Both the position numbers and the translations under genes were made by a program. The notes beneath the pieces were generated by a model. That model was given only the letters and a program-made list of their open reading frames with translations. It had not been told where the DNA came from and searched no databases. A stretch of 64,000 nucleotides of DNA, taken from assembly GCA_012518015.1 (NCBI GenBank), contig JAAYTM010000107.1:11862-75861 (forward strand), in the 5' to 3' direction. Shown piece after piece: positions 49,413-58,478 of the stretch (the stretch's first letter is position 1; each line of letters starts with the position of its first letter). Origin of the DNA: Synergistaceae bacterium. Lineage in GTDB: Bacteria > Synergistota > Synergistia > Synergistales > Acetomicrobiaceae.

Positions 49413-51396
49413 GTGTTATTTTTCCTCCCTTGATTTCACTGATCAAGTCTCGCAATTTGGCTGCTTCTTCAAAGTTGAGCTTGGAGACGGCATCCCACAT
49501 CATACGCTCTAGCTCGTCAAGTGAAATTTCACTTGACCTTGGAAGCAAGGTCTTATCGCTTTCATCAATTGTTTTATCCAAGAGTTCTTCTGGTAGAAGA
49601 TGAACAACGGGTTTCACTATGCTTTTAGGAACGATTCCGTGCTTGCGGTTAAAGTCCTCTTGCACTTTTCTCCGCCTCTTGGTTTCCCTGGCGGCAAGGG
49701 CGATGCTTTCAGTCACTTCATCAGCATAAAGCACGACTGTGCCGGCCGCATGCCTTGCTGCCCTGCCTATCATCTGTATGATCGAACGAGAAGAGCGCAA
49801 GAATCCTTCCCTGTCTGCATCAAGTATTGCTACTAAACTCACTTCGGGTAAGTCAAGCCCTTCTCTGAGCAAATTAACGCCAACTAAAATGTCAATATTT
49901 CCAATCCTTAAGTCACGCAGCAGCTCGGCTCTCTCGAATGCGTCTAATTCCGAATGTATGTATTTTACTTTGTACCCTACCCCCGCGAGGTATTCAGCCA
50001 AATCTTCCGCCGAGCGCTTCGTCAGAGTATTGACCAAAACCCTTTGGTTACTTTTTACAGATTCCTTCAGTCGATAAAGCAGATCATCCAGCTGATTTCT
50101 GGCTGGAATCACCTCAACTTTGGGATCCAATATCCCGGTCGGCCTGACCAGCAACTCAACTATTTGCTTTGACACCGAAAGCTCAAAGTCACCTGGCGTT
50201 GCTGAAACGAAAATAGCCTGTTTCATGTAATCCTCGAACTCTTCCCACCGCAACGGCCTGTTGTCTAAGCATGAAGGCAGCCTAAATCCATGCTCTACCA
50301 GCGTTTTCTTCCTTGAGATATCGCCGTTATACATTCCCCTAATTTGCGGAATGGTTATGTGCGATTCATCTATCACCACGATGAAATCTTCGGGAAAGAA
50401 GTCTAAAAGGGTCCCCGGTGGCTCGCCTGGATTTCGACCGTCAAGATGGCGGGAGTAGTTTTCGATCCCGGAACAATACCCCACTTCCGATAGCATTTGC
50501 ATATCATATCTCGTTCGTGTCATAAGCCTCTGTGCTTCAAGAATCTTGCCTGATGCTTGAAGTTCGGCAATCCTGACCTTCAATTCCTCCTCGATTGCCT
50601 TTAAGGCTTTTTGTATGTTATCTTGCGTTGTCACGTAGTGTTGTGCGGGAAATATGGCAGCATGATCTTTTTCAATAATCGCCTTTCCCCAAAGTGGGTC
50701 AATTTCTTCAATCCTTTCTATTTCGTCGTCAAAAAAAGATACGCGCAAAGCAGTGTCGCTATACGCAGGATAGATCTCTATGATATCTCCTCGTCCCCTG
50801 AAAGTCCCAGGTTCCAGCGCTACGTCATTGCGCTCGTAGTAATTGTCGAGTAATCTCTTAAAAAAGCTCTTCCTGCTTATGATATCTCCGACGCTGAAAC
50901 GAAAAATTGCGTCCTCGTAAGACTTTTTCTTACCCAAACCATATATACAGGATACGCTTGCCACTACAATAACGTCTCTTCTTTCAAGCAGCGATTTTGT
51001 CGTAGCAAGCCTTAATTTTTCTATGCGTTCGTTTATTGAGGCATCCTTTTCGATGTAAATATCTTGAACTGGCAGATAAGCTTCAGGTTGATAATAATCG
51101 TAGTAGCTTACGAAGTAGTGAACTTCATTGTTTGGGAAAAAATCTTTAAATTCGCTGTAAAGTTGAGCTGCTAATGTTTTATTATGAGCGATTACCAGGA
51201 CAGGTCTTTGAATCCTTTCTATGACGTTAGCTATAGCGAAGGTCTTTCCGCTACCTGTAACTCCAAGAAGAGTTTGATAGCGCATGCCTTTTTTTAAGCC
51301 TGAAATTAATTTCTCTATGGCTTGCGGCTGATCTCCGGCTGGTTTCCAAGGGGCATTTAGCTCAAACTTTTCCAGACTTTCCCTTTGGCCCTTCAT
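49372..51396 (-). CDS. uvrB: Excinuclease ABC subunit B
   Basis: GDQPQAI, GVTGSGKT, YYDYYQPEAY, DESH motifs; C-terminal UVR domain. Confidence 0.98.
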   Translation of the reverse strand: MKGQRESLEKFELNAPWKPAGDQPQAIEKLISGLKKGMRYQTLLGVTGSGKTFAIANVIERIQRPVLVIAHNKTLAAQLYSEFKDFFPNNEVHYFVSYYDYYQPEAYLPVQDIYIEKDASINERIEKLRLATTKSLLERRDVIVVASVSCIYGLGKKKSYEDAIFRFSVGDIISRKSFFKRLLDNYYERNDVALEPGTFRGRGDIIEIYPAYSDTALRVSFFDDEIERIEEIDPLWGKAIIEKDHAAIFPAQHYVTTQDNIQKALKAIEEELKVRIAELQASGKILEAQRLMTRTRYDMQMLSEVGYCSGIENYSRHLDGRNPGEPPGTLLDFFPEDFIVVIDESHITIPQIRGMYNGDISRKKTLVEHGFRLPSCLDNRPLRWEEFEDYMKQAIFVSATPGDFELSVSKQIVELLVRPTGILDPKVEVIPARNQLDDLLYRLKESVKSNQRVLVNTLTKRSAEDLAEYLAGVGYKVKYIHSELDAFERAELLRDLRIGNIDILVGVNLLREGLDLPEVSLVAILDADREGFLRSSRSIIQMIGRAARHAAGTVVLYADEVTESIALAARETKRRRKVQEDFNRKHGIVPKSIVKPVVHLLPEELLDKTIDESDKTLLPRSSEISLDELERMMWDAVSKLNFEEAAKLRDLISEIKGGKITRGTIHNRKRGKTA

Positions 51397-51432
51397 ATTT
51401 CAAATACCACCTCAAATATATATGATATCAAG

Positions 51433-51467
51433 AAAAAGGATGACGCGCAGAGATTTCTACGCGTCAT
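51433..51467 (-). terminator. Intrinsic terminator after ftsH
   Basis: ATGACGCGTAGA-AATC-TCTGCGCGTCAT followed by CCTTTTTC on the - strand. Confidence 0.75.
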
Positions 51468-51524
51468 TTATATAATAAAGGTACTCTCGGACAACCTATT
51501 AAGTTAGTTTCAAACAAGTTAATT

Positions 51525-53438
51525 TCAAGCTGGATCTACCCGAGGCTCCCACTGGACTGGCGCCTTTTTGTCGATTGCCTGTGATGCAGCTACCGATTGT
51601 TCCTCTGCTTCTTCGCTTTTGACTTCCGGATCTCTTTGAAGCGCATGGTTTATTAATATATCCAGTTCTTCTCCTTCCAGCACTTCTTTTTCAAGTAAAA
51701 CTTCGGCAATTTTTTCTAAAACTGACTCGTGCTTAATTAAAAGATCTTTAACTGTCTCGTAACAATTGTCAATGATGCGCCTTACTTCCTGGTCTATTGC
51801 GTATGCTATCTCTTCGCTGTAATTTCTGTCCTCAACTATATCCCTTCCAAGAAAGATCTCGTGTTGTTTCCGACCCAAGCGTATAGGGCCCAGTCGATCG
51901 CTCATTCCAAATTCCGTCACCATTTTTCTTGCTATTTGAGTAGCCCGCTCCAGGTCATTTTGAGCTCCAGTGGTTATATCGTCGCCCTTTAATTCCTCGG
52001 TTACTCTTCCGCCGAGTAAGACGCATATCCGGTTCAACAATTCCTTCTTGGAAATGAGAAAGCGGTCTTCTTCGGGCAATTGCATTGTGTAGCCTAATGC
52101 CTGATGTCCGCGTGGGATGATGGAGACCTTATGAACAGGATCGCAATCGGGTAACAACTTGGCCACCAAGGCATGCCCTGATTCGTGCAGGGCTATGATT
52201 CTCTTTTCCTTTGGGCTTATTACTCTGCTTTTGCGTTCAGGACCTGCTATGACCCTGTCGATGGCCTCCTCGAACTCTTCCATCGTTATGAGCTTTTTGT
52301 TGCGCCTTGCAGCTAGCAATGCTGCCTCGTTGACGAGGTTGGCTAGGTCGGCACCTACGAATCCAGGAGTTCTTTTGGCGATTATCTCGAGGTCAACATT
52401 TGGATCGACCTTTTTGTCGCGTACATGAACTTTGAGTATAGCTAACCTGCCTTTGGAATCTGGCCGATCGACCACAACTTGACGATCGAATCGTCCGGGT
52501 CGCAAAAGAGCGGGATCCAGAATGTCCGGTCTGTTGGTGGCAGCTAATACTATTATTCCCGTAGAGGCATCAAACCCATCTAGCTCAACGAGCAATTGGT
52601 TTAGGGTTTGTTCTCTTTCATCGTGCCCCCCTCCAAGTCCTGCTCCTCTGTGCCTGCCCACGGCGTCTATCTCGTCAATGAATATAATGCAGGGTTGATA
52701 TTTTCTTGCTTGCTCAAACAGGTCTCGCACCCTGGCGGCACCAACACCGACAAACATTTCAACGAAATCTGAACCACTTATACTAAAGAAGGGCACATCT
52801 GCCTCACCGGCTACCGCGCGTGCAAGCAAAGTCTTGCCCGTTCCTGGAGGTCCCAACAAAAGCACGCCTCTAGGCACCCTTGCGCCTAAAGCGGTAAACT
52901 TCCTAGGATTGCGCAAGAATTCAATTACCTCTTGTAGTTCCTCTTTTGCTTCGTCGCAACCGGCAACATCGTCAAAAGTGACCTTTGGACGATTATCTAA
53001 AAACATCTTTGCCTTGCTCTTGGCAAAAGACATGACCTTGCTTCCGCCGCCCTGCATGTGATAAAGGATAAAGATCCATGCTCCTATGAGAAGGAGAGTT
53101 GGAAATAGGGAAGAAACCATGCCTGACCACCAAGGCGTCACTTGAGGCGGCTTTACCTCCACATTGACACCTTTTTTTGCTATTTCTTTTGCCAAATCAC
53201 CAATGCCAACTGCGTATGTGTTGAAATGACGACCGTCTTTCAGCCTTCCTGTGATGTTAGAACCATCTACAGTGACCTCCGCGACGTTACCCTTGTCTAC
53301 CTGGTTTAAGAACTCTGAATAGGATAGAGGGGTCACATCGTGGGACGGTTGCATGGGAGCCATGAACATGTTGACTAGGCTCACGACGAGCACTATTAGG
53401 ATCAAATATAACCCCAAATTTTTCATCATTTTACCCAA
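51525..53438 (-). CDS. ftsH: ATP-dependent zinc metalloprotease FtsH (start refined to TTG 53438)
   Basis: Two TMs; [22 protein letters not shown] motifs. Confidence 0.98.
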   Translation of the reverse strand: MGKMMKNLGLYLILIVLVVSLVNMFMAPMQPSHDVTPLSYSEFLNQVDKGNVAEVTVDGSNITGRLKDGRHFNTYAVGIGDLAKEIAKKGVNVEVKPPQVTPWWSGMVSSLFPTLLLIGAWIFILYHMQGGGSKVMSFAKSKAKMFLDNRPKVTFDDVAGCDEAKEELQEVIEFLRNPRKFTALGARVPRGVLLLGPPGTGKTLLARAVAGEADVPFFSISGSDFVEMFVGVGAARVRDLFEQARKYQPCIIFIDEIDAVGRHRGAGLGGGHDEREQTLNQLLVELDGFDASTGIIVLAATNRPDILDPALLRPGRFDRQVVVDRPDSKGRLAILKVHVRDKKVDPNVDLEIIAKRTPGFVGADLANLVNEAALLAARRNKKLITMEEFEEAIDRVIAGPERKSRVISPKEKRIIALHESGHALVAKLLPDCDPVHKVSIIPRGHQALGYTMQLPEEDRFLISKKELLNRICVLLGGRVTEELKGDDITTGAQNDLERATQIARKMVTEFGMSDRLGPIRLGRKQHEIFLGRDIVEDRNYSEEIAYAIDQEVRRIIDNCYETVKDLLIKHESVLEKIAEVLLEKEVLEGEELDILINHALQRDPEVKSEEAEEQSVAASQAIDKKAPVQWEPRVDPA

Positions 53439-53478
53439 GTTATTACCACCTCTTTTGCCACTTGGCACATTTTTTACC

Positions 53479-54015
53479 CTATACTGAAGGCCTTACAACG
53501 TGTATGGAGGGCAAATTGCGCCACAATCCTGCATAATCGAGCCCATATCCAACTACGAACTCGTCAGGTATTGTAAATCCACAATAGTCTATCATAACTT
53601 CTGTCTGGTGCCTCTCTGGCTTGTCGAGAAGAACGCAGATTTTAAGTCCCCTAGGCTGTCTTTCCATCATTAATCTCGATAGATAAGAAAGTGTTAGTCC
53701 CGTATCCATGATATCTTCAACTATTAAGACCTCGCATCCCTTGATGTCAGTATCAATGTCTTTGACGATTCTAACGATGCCACTCGTCCTTGTAGAGGCA
53801 CCATACGATGATACCGCTAAAAAGTCAATCTTTACTTTTACGGAGCTATCGATGTTGCGCACTAGATCTGATAAGAAAATAATAGCCCCCTTTAGGACGC
53901 CAATCGCGATTAATTCCTTGCCAGAGTAATCTTGAGATATTTGTTGTCCTAATTCCCTTACTCTTTTTTTGATCGTCTCTTCGCTCAACAGGACTTCGCT
54001 CAGTTCGTACGACAC
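53479..54015 (-). CDS. hpt: Hypoxanthine phosphoribosyltransferase
   Basis: [24 protein letters not shown] motifs. Confidence 0.96.
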   Translation of the reverse strand: MSYELSEVLLSEETIKKRVRELGQQISQDYSGKELIAIGVLKGAIIFLSDLVRNIDSSVKVKIDFLAVSSYGASTRTSGIVRIVKDIDTDIKGCEVLIVEDIMDTGLTLSYLSRLMMERQPRGLKICVLLDKPERHQTEVMIDYCGFTIPDEFVVGYGLDYAGLWRNLPSIHVVRPSV

Positions 54016-54020
54016 GAAAA

Positions 54021-55418
54021 TTACATCCTTTCGCTTCTCTTATATTGTGCTTTTATTTGAATCGCGTCCAATGAACGACTTTCAGCTCTGCGCTCTCCAC
54101 CTTTACCGTGTAACGGTACCCACCACATTTTACAACTTAAAATGAATATTGGCCATCCTTGTTTAGACCACCAAGGCATGAAATCGAATGTTTGTCCCAG
54201 AATTTTGCGGGCGTTTTTAGCAGAAATTATTCTTAAAAAAACATCATCTTTATCATCGAATAAAAGACGACATTGGTGCGAGCCGAACTTAGGTGTCTGA
54301 AAGCGCTTATTCAAGCGTTTCCAGGATATATTCCAGCCATTCCAAAAAAGACTCCCTGAAGGTTGCGATCCAAGGTCAATTGATGTGTTTATGAATTTGA
54401 CGTTCATGTCCCAATTTACCCAAGCAATGAAATCTTTATCGGCGCATACTTCAATCTTATCTTCCCACTGAAATCGCCAATTTAAACTTTCCCTCACAAG
54501 TTTTACCAGTAATTCTGTTCGGTTGCTGGAAAGAGTAGTTAAAGAAAGATCGCGTTGCTGTTTTCTGATACACTCGGCTAACTGTTGCGATGGAAGCTCC
54601 AAAGTTTCTAACACTTTCCTATCCCAGGTGATTATTGTGTAAGGAAGCGGTTTGCGTCTCAATAAATTGTTTATTTTTTCAGCCTGTGCTTCTAGCTGAT
54701 TTACGACTCCGACGGCTTGTCTTGAAAGCGTGGCGATGTGCTCTTTGACCCTTGGGTTATACTCCTTCTCAAGCAGTGGAATTAAGTGTAAGCGTATTTT
54801 ATTTCTGGTGTAATCGACTTCAAGGTTAGTGGAGTCCACTCTCCAGCTCATTTTGAGGCCATCCAGAAGTTCGATTATCTCGGATCTGTCAAATTCAATC
54901 AAAGGCCTTATTATGTATTCCCTTTTTTCGGGAATGCCCTGAATTCCTCTAATTCCTGTGCCTCTTATAATGTTAAAAAGGATCGTTTCAACCAGATCAT
55001 CTTTATGGTGACCTACAGCTACATAGGAGGCTTTGTTTTCTTTTCTGACTTTTTCTAGAAAGGCATAGCGCAACCTACGAGCTGCCTCCTCGACACTTTC
55101 GCCTTTTTGGCGTAGCTTGGGCACAGGAGCTCTTTCCATGAAAAAAGGACATCCCATTTTAGATGCTAGATCACGTACAAAAAGTGCGTCATCCAAAGAT
55201 TCCTTCCCTCTTATACCATGTTCAAAGTGTGCCACAATCACTTTGCCACGCCATAGATTAACAAGCAGCCAAAGAAGCGCGATGGAATCAGGTCCACCGG
55301 AAATACCTGCTACAATTGGGTTGGTCTCATTCCACCAGCCTTGACGAATGCCGGTGTCTCTAAACCTGGGATAGTATTTCTTCATAACCCATTTGGGGAT
55401 GCTTTTTGAGGTATCCAC
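54021..55418 (-). CDS. tilS: tRNA(Ile)-lysidine synthase
   Basis: SGGPDS, HGIRG, ARRLRY, HHKDDLVET, RNKIR motifs; tilS-hpt-ftsH order. Confidence 0.94.
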   Translation of the reverse strand: MDTSKSIPKWVMKKYYPRFRDTGIRQGWWNETNPIVAGISGGPDSIALLWLLVNLWRGKVIVAHFEHGIRGKESLDDALFVRDLASKMGCPFFMERAPVPKLRQKGESVEEAARRLRYAFLEKVRKENKASYVAVGHHKDDLVETILFNIIRGTGIRGIQGIPEKREYIIRPLIEFDRSEIIELLDGLKMSWRVDSTNLEVDYTRNKIRLHLIPLLEKEYNPRVKEHIATLSRQAVGVVNQLEAQAEKINNLLRRKPLPYTIITWDRKVLETLELPSQQLAECIRKQQRDLSLTTLSSNRTELLVKLVRESLNWRFQWEDKIEVCADKDFIAWVNWDMNVKFINTSIDLGSQPSGSLFWNGWNISWKRLNKRFQTPKFGSHQCRLLFDDKDDVFLRIISAKNARKILGQTFDFMPWWSKQGWPIFILSCKMWWVPLHGKGGERRAESRSLDAIQIKAQYKRSERM

Positions 55419-55440
55419 CTAGAAAATCACCTGTACAAAA

Positions 55441-55470
55441 TAATAAAGATAGGCGGGGATCCCCCCGCCC
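55441..55470 (-). terminator. Terminator after tRNA cluster
   Basis: GGCGGGG-GGAT-CCCCGCC followed by TATCTTTATT on the - strand. Confidence 0.7.
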
Positions 55471-55499
55471 TCTTAACACTTCTATTCGTATCAGCAAAT

Positions 55500-55576
55500 T
55501 GGTGGCGGTGAGTGGATTTGAACCACTGACCCTGCGGGTATGAACCGCATGCTCTCACCATCTGAGCTACACCGCC
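55500..55576 (-). tRNA. tRNA-Met (CAT), elongator type
   Basis: GGCGGTGTAGCTCAG...TGCGG-TTCATAC-CCGCA...GGTTCAAATCC...CACCGCCACCA; G1:C72 paired; CCA encoded. Confidence 0.92.
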
Positions 55577-55581
55577 ACAAT

Positions 55582-55661
<80 letters not shown>

Positions 55662-55693
55662 ATATAAATTATGCGAAGAACATATGCACCACA

Positions 55694-55780
55694 TGGTGCC
55701 GGGCGCGGGACTTGAACCCGCACGGACCTTGCGTCCCCGGGATTTTAAGTCCCGTGCGTCTACCATTCCGCCAGCCCGGC
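55694..55780 (-). tRNA. tRNA-Leu (TAA)
   Basis: GCCGGGCTGGCGGAATGGTAGACG...CGGGA-CTTAAAA-TCCCG, long variable arm, ...GCCCGGCACCA. Confidence 0.95.
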
Positions 55781-55790
55781 TGGCACAACC

Positions 55791-55819
55791 ATTATATGAA
55801 GATGTAGATTTCTAGTCAA
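55791..55819 (-). promoter_or_regulatory. Near-consensus sigma70 promoter of the tRNA operon
   Basis: TTGACT-17 nt-TATAAT, 10 nt upstream of tRNA-Leu. Confidence 0.85.
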
Positions 55820-55832
55820 GTGGGGGTTAAGA

Positions 55833-56537
55833 TCAGCTTTTATTTTTTTTCGCCATCGCAATGAGCGAGTTTAGCTCTTTAACTAAAGGTTGCACGTCGC
55901 TCCGCGTAGCCCTCTTCTGCAAGATCTCCTCAGGTGTCAGGTTTTTGCCCCAGTAGGCAATGTTAGCGTTTTCATCGATATCTACAGTGCCGCCACCCAA
56001 AGAGACCCCAGCAAATGCGCCTTTTGCCAAGGAATAGCTGTATATGGAGTTCGTCGCTGCTCCCGCTCTGCGTCCGACGGGACCTGCTGCAACTGAAACG
56101 TCAGCACCCAAGTTTACATGTTCTTTTTTCAGCGCATTCAATCCAGCCTCGTCCATTATAACCAATATCATGCCGGTAGATTGTACGCCTATTTGAAGCC
56201 CCAGTGATACTCCACCTATGCTTAAAAAAGATGGGCCGTACCATCGGGTTGTATTAGGCTCCCTTCGAAGTAGCAATCCTTCTCCAAATTCAGCCCCAAA
56301 TACAAACCCTGCTTTTGTAACGTTGGGGAATATTGCAACGCCTACACAATCGCCTAGCAGGTCTATCAAACCTTCAACATCACTTTGCTTGCTCATTTCT
56401 TGTAAAAGCTGAGTTGACAGGGTTATTCTTTGCTGTGGTGTTTTTGCCCAAGCTACTGAGAAGAAAAAGCATACCAAAACTATAGCTAGCAATACCACTG
56501 GAATTATAGTATGTTTTATTTTTCTTGCTGTCATCAC
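55833..56537 (-). CDS. Exported YSC84/SYLF-domain (putative lipid-binding) protein
   Basis: Signal peptide ending AWA; AIFPNVTKAGFVFGAEFGEG, GLQIG, VAAGPVGR, YSYSLAKGAFAGVSL motifs. Confidence 0.88.
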   Translation of the reverse strand: MMTARKIKHTIIPVVLLAIVLVCFFFSVAWAKTPQQRITLSTQLLQEMSKQSDVEGLIDLLGDCVGVAIFPNVTKAGFVFGAEFGEGLLLRREPNTTRWYGPSFLSIGGVSLGLQIGVQSTGMILVIMDEAGLNALKKEHVNLGADVSVAAGPVGRRAGAATNSIYSYSLAKGAFAGVSLGGGTVDIDENANIAYWGKNLTPEEILQKRATRSDVQPLVKELNSLIAMAKKNKS

Positions 56538-56579
56538 GGAATAACTCCTCCTAAATTTGTAAAGTTATTCTCCAAAATC

Positions 56580-56608
56580 ATTATACAACGCATTGTCAGC
56601 TTTGTCTT
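56580..56608 (-). promoter_or_regulatory. Putative promoter of the SYLF gene
   Basis: AAGACA-17 nt-TATAAT on the - strand. Confidence 0.5.
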
Positions 56609-56800
56609 CGTAAAAATCACTAATTTGATTTATTATATTAAAACGTCTATAACATTAAAAATCAGAAATTAGCAAAGGCAGATCCCGAATGATCATAGCT
56701 ATATCAGTAGGATAGGATAATGGCATACTTAGTCTACGTTATAGGAATCAGATCATATATTACCCTCATAAATAGTGATCACAAAATGTGAGCAACGCAC

Positions 56801-56830
56801 TTGACGAAAAACATGTGATTATGATAAACT
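56801..56830 (+). promoter_or_regulatory. Putative promoter of the hisC-like gene
   Basis: TTGACG-18 nt-TAAACT with TG extension. Confidence 0.6.
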
Positions 56831-56884
56831 GGGTTTTGGTTACATCATGAATTCATTTGAATAATTCGTTAGGAGGATTGCACA

Positions 56885-57952
56885 ATGTTGCGTGATTATA
56901 TGCTCACATTAGATAGCGAATTAGGACTCGACAAAAACGAAAATCCCTTCGAACTTCCCTCTTCCCCTAGGGAAGAGATGAGGAAGTTAATTTCTAGTAT
57001 TGATCTAAATCGCTATCCGGATCCCTTAGCTTTAAAGCTTAGGAACAAATTGAGCGCGAGATTAAACTATCCGCAAGAATGCATCGTCGTTGGCAATGGC
57101 GGCGATGAAATACTTTCTATGTTGTTTACGGCTTACGTAAAACCAGGCGACAAGGTGCTTACAACGTATCCCTGTTTTTCTGAATATAACCGACTGTGCA
57201 GGATATTCGGGGCTGAACAACACGTCTTACATCTAGGTTTTCATGAAAATGAGATCACGCTGGATGTTGAGCAGCTTTTAGATGCTGTAGCGAGGATTTC
57301 GCCCAAACTAATTTTACTGGACAACCCGCACAATCCTACTGGAATGTTCTTGGATCCAGCTGTATTACTAGAAACTGCAAAGTTATCCCCTTGCCCCTTT
57401 GTCATTGATGAAGCTTATGTTGAATTCGCCACCAAGTCGTCTTTGGATGTTTTAGATAAAAACATTCCCTCAAATTTGTGCATTTTGAGGACTCTCTCTA
57501 AGGCGTGGGGGCTTGCGGGTTTAAGGGTTGGATATGCTTTATGCTCTGAGGATATCGCTATGAAGCTTCTTGACGTAAAAAGTCCTTTCAACGTCAATGT
57601 TGTATCGCAAGAAATTGCTTGTATAATGTTGGAATATGACGAGTGGATGAAGAGCAGAGTTTACAGCATTAGGTTTTTACGTGATAAATTTATAGAAGAA
57701 GTAAACGAGCTAGAATCCTTTCATGCCTACCCAAGTCAGGGTAATTTTGTCCTGGTACGCACGGATATTGACAGGGAATACATGAGCACGATTTTGAAGG
57801 AGAAGGGCATAAGGTTAAATATGCTCGAGTTGGATGTGAATGGTTTGACCTGGATGCGTATTTCCATTGGAAAAGAAGACGAATTGAATTATGTTATACA
57901 GGTTTTTCGTTCCATTGTGCGACAACCAAATGTTGAATTTGTTATAGCTTAA
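56885..57952 (+). CDS. hisC: Histidinol-phosphate aminotransferase family PLP enzyme (HisC-like)
   Basis: LDKNENP, RYPD, GNGGDE, NPHNPTG, DEAY, RTLSKAWGLAGLRVGY motifs; exact substrate not provable from sequence. Confidence 0.8.
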   Translation: MLRDYMLTLDSELGLDKNENPFELPSSPREEMRKLISSIDLNRYPDPLALKLRNKLSARLNYPQECIVVGNGGDEILSMLFTAYVKPGDKVLTTYPCFSEYNRLCRIFGAEQHVLHLGFHENEITLDVEQLLDAVARISPKLILLDNPHNPTGMFLDPAVLLETAKLSPCPFVIDEAYVEFATKSSLDVLDKNIPSNLCILRTLSKAWGLAGLRVGYALCSEDIAMKLLDVKSPFNVNVVSQEIACIMLEYDEWMKSRVYSIRFLRDKFIEEVNELESFHAYPSQGNFVLVRTDIDREYMSTILKEKGIRLNMLELDVNGLTWMRISIGKEDELNYVIQVFRSIVRQPNVEFVIA

Positions 57953-57966
57953 GATATTTTACCCCC

Positions 57967-57996
57967 TTGACAAATGCACATTTAAAGCTGTAATAT
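57967..57996 (+). promoter_or_regulatory. Putative internal promoter of the yerC-like gene
   Basis: TTGACA-18 nt-TAATAT. Confidence 0.55.
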
Positions 57997-58070
57997 TGAA
58001 GCTAGCGTTTAAAAGTCGTACAATAAAGCGCGAATTATCAAGATGTGCATTAAAAGGGGGGATAAAAAAA

Positions 58071-58382
58071 ATGACAGAGAAGTGGAAGGATCGTTTGACC
58101 GACCAACTTTGCAAAGCTTTCTTGGTCTTGGAAAACATTGATGAAGTTTACAACTTTCTTGAAGACGTCGCAACTATCGGTGAAATAAGGGCACTAGCTC
58201 AAAGGCTTGAAGTCGCTCGCTTACTCGAAGAGGGGTATACTTATCCCCAGATAGCACAGCAAACGGGCGCAAGCACGGCAACCATAAGCCGCGTGAAGAA
58301 ATTTCTTGAGTACGGTGCTGATGGATACAAATTGGTACTAGAGAGGCTCAAGACCTTCGAAGGCGAAACCAGGCCGGAGTAA
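58071..58382 (+). CDS. YerC/YecD family TrpR-related transcription factor (start refined to ATG 58071)
   Basis: FLEDVATIGE..ALAQRLEVA..TY..I...TGASTATISRV..L.YG.DGY pattern. Confidence 0.92.
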   Translation: MTEKWKDRLTDQLCKAFLVLENIDEVYNFLEDVATIGEIRALAQRLEVARLLEEGYTYPQIAQQTGASTATISRVKKFLEYGADGYKLVLERLKTFEGETRPE

Positions 58383-58415
58383 CTTTTCAAGTGTTAAAGG
58401 CATTAGCGATATGAT

Positions 58416-58456
58416 AGAAAAGGACGACATTAGTCAAAAGGCTGTCGTCCTTTTCT
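58416..58456. terminator. Bidirectional terminator between yerC-like and DUF362 genes
   Basis: AGAAAAGGACGACA-13 nt-TGTCGTCCTTTTCT. Confidence 0.8.
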
Positions 58457-58478
58457 TGTTTCAAGAAAGTTAAAAGAG

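Noticed and set aside
51397-51524. SOS/LexA box upstream of uvrB
   Set aside because: No match seen to the GAAC-N4-GTTC or CTGT-N8-ACAG motifs; the dyad present is explained by the ftsH terminator
55419-55500. Integrated element at the tRNA 3' ends
   Set aside because: No integrase, no duplicated tRNA 3' end found, and core tilS follows immediately
55500-55576. tRNA-Ile2 (lysidine substrate) next to tilS
   Set aside because: Acceptor stem and anticodon arm match the Firmicute-type elongator tRNA-Met rather than Ile2; judged by eye only
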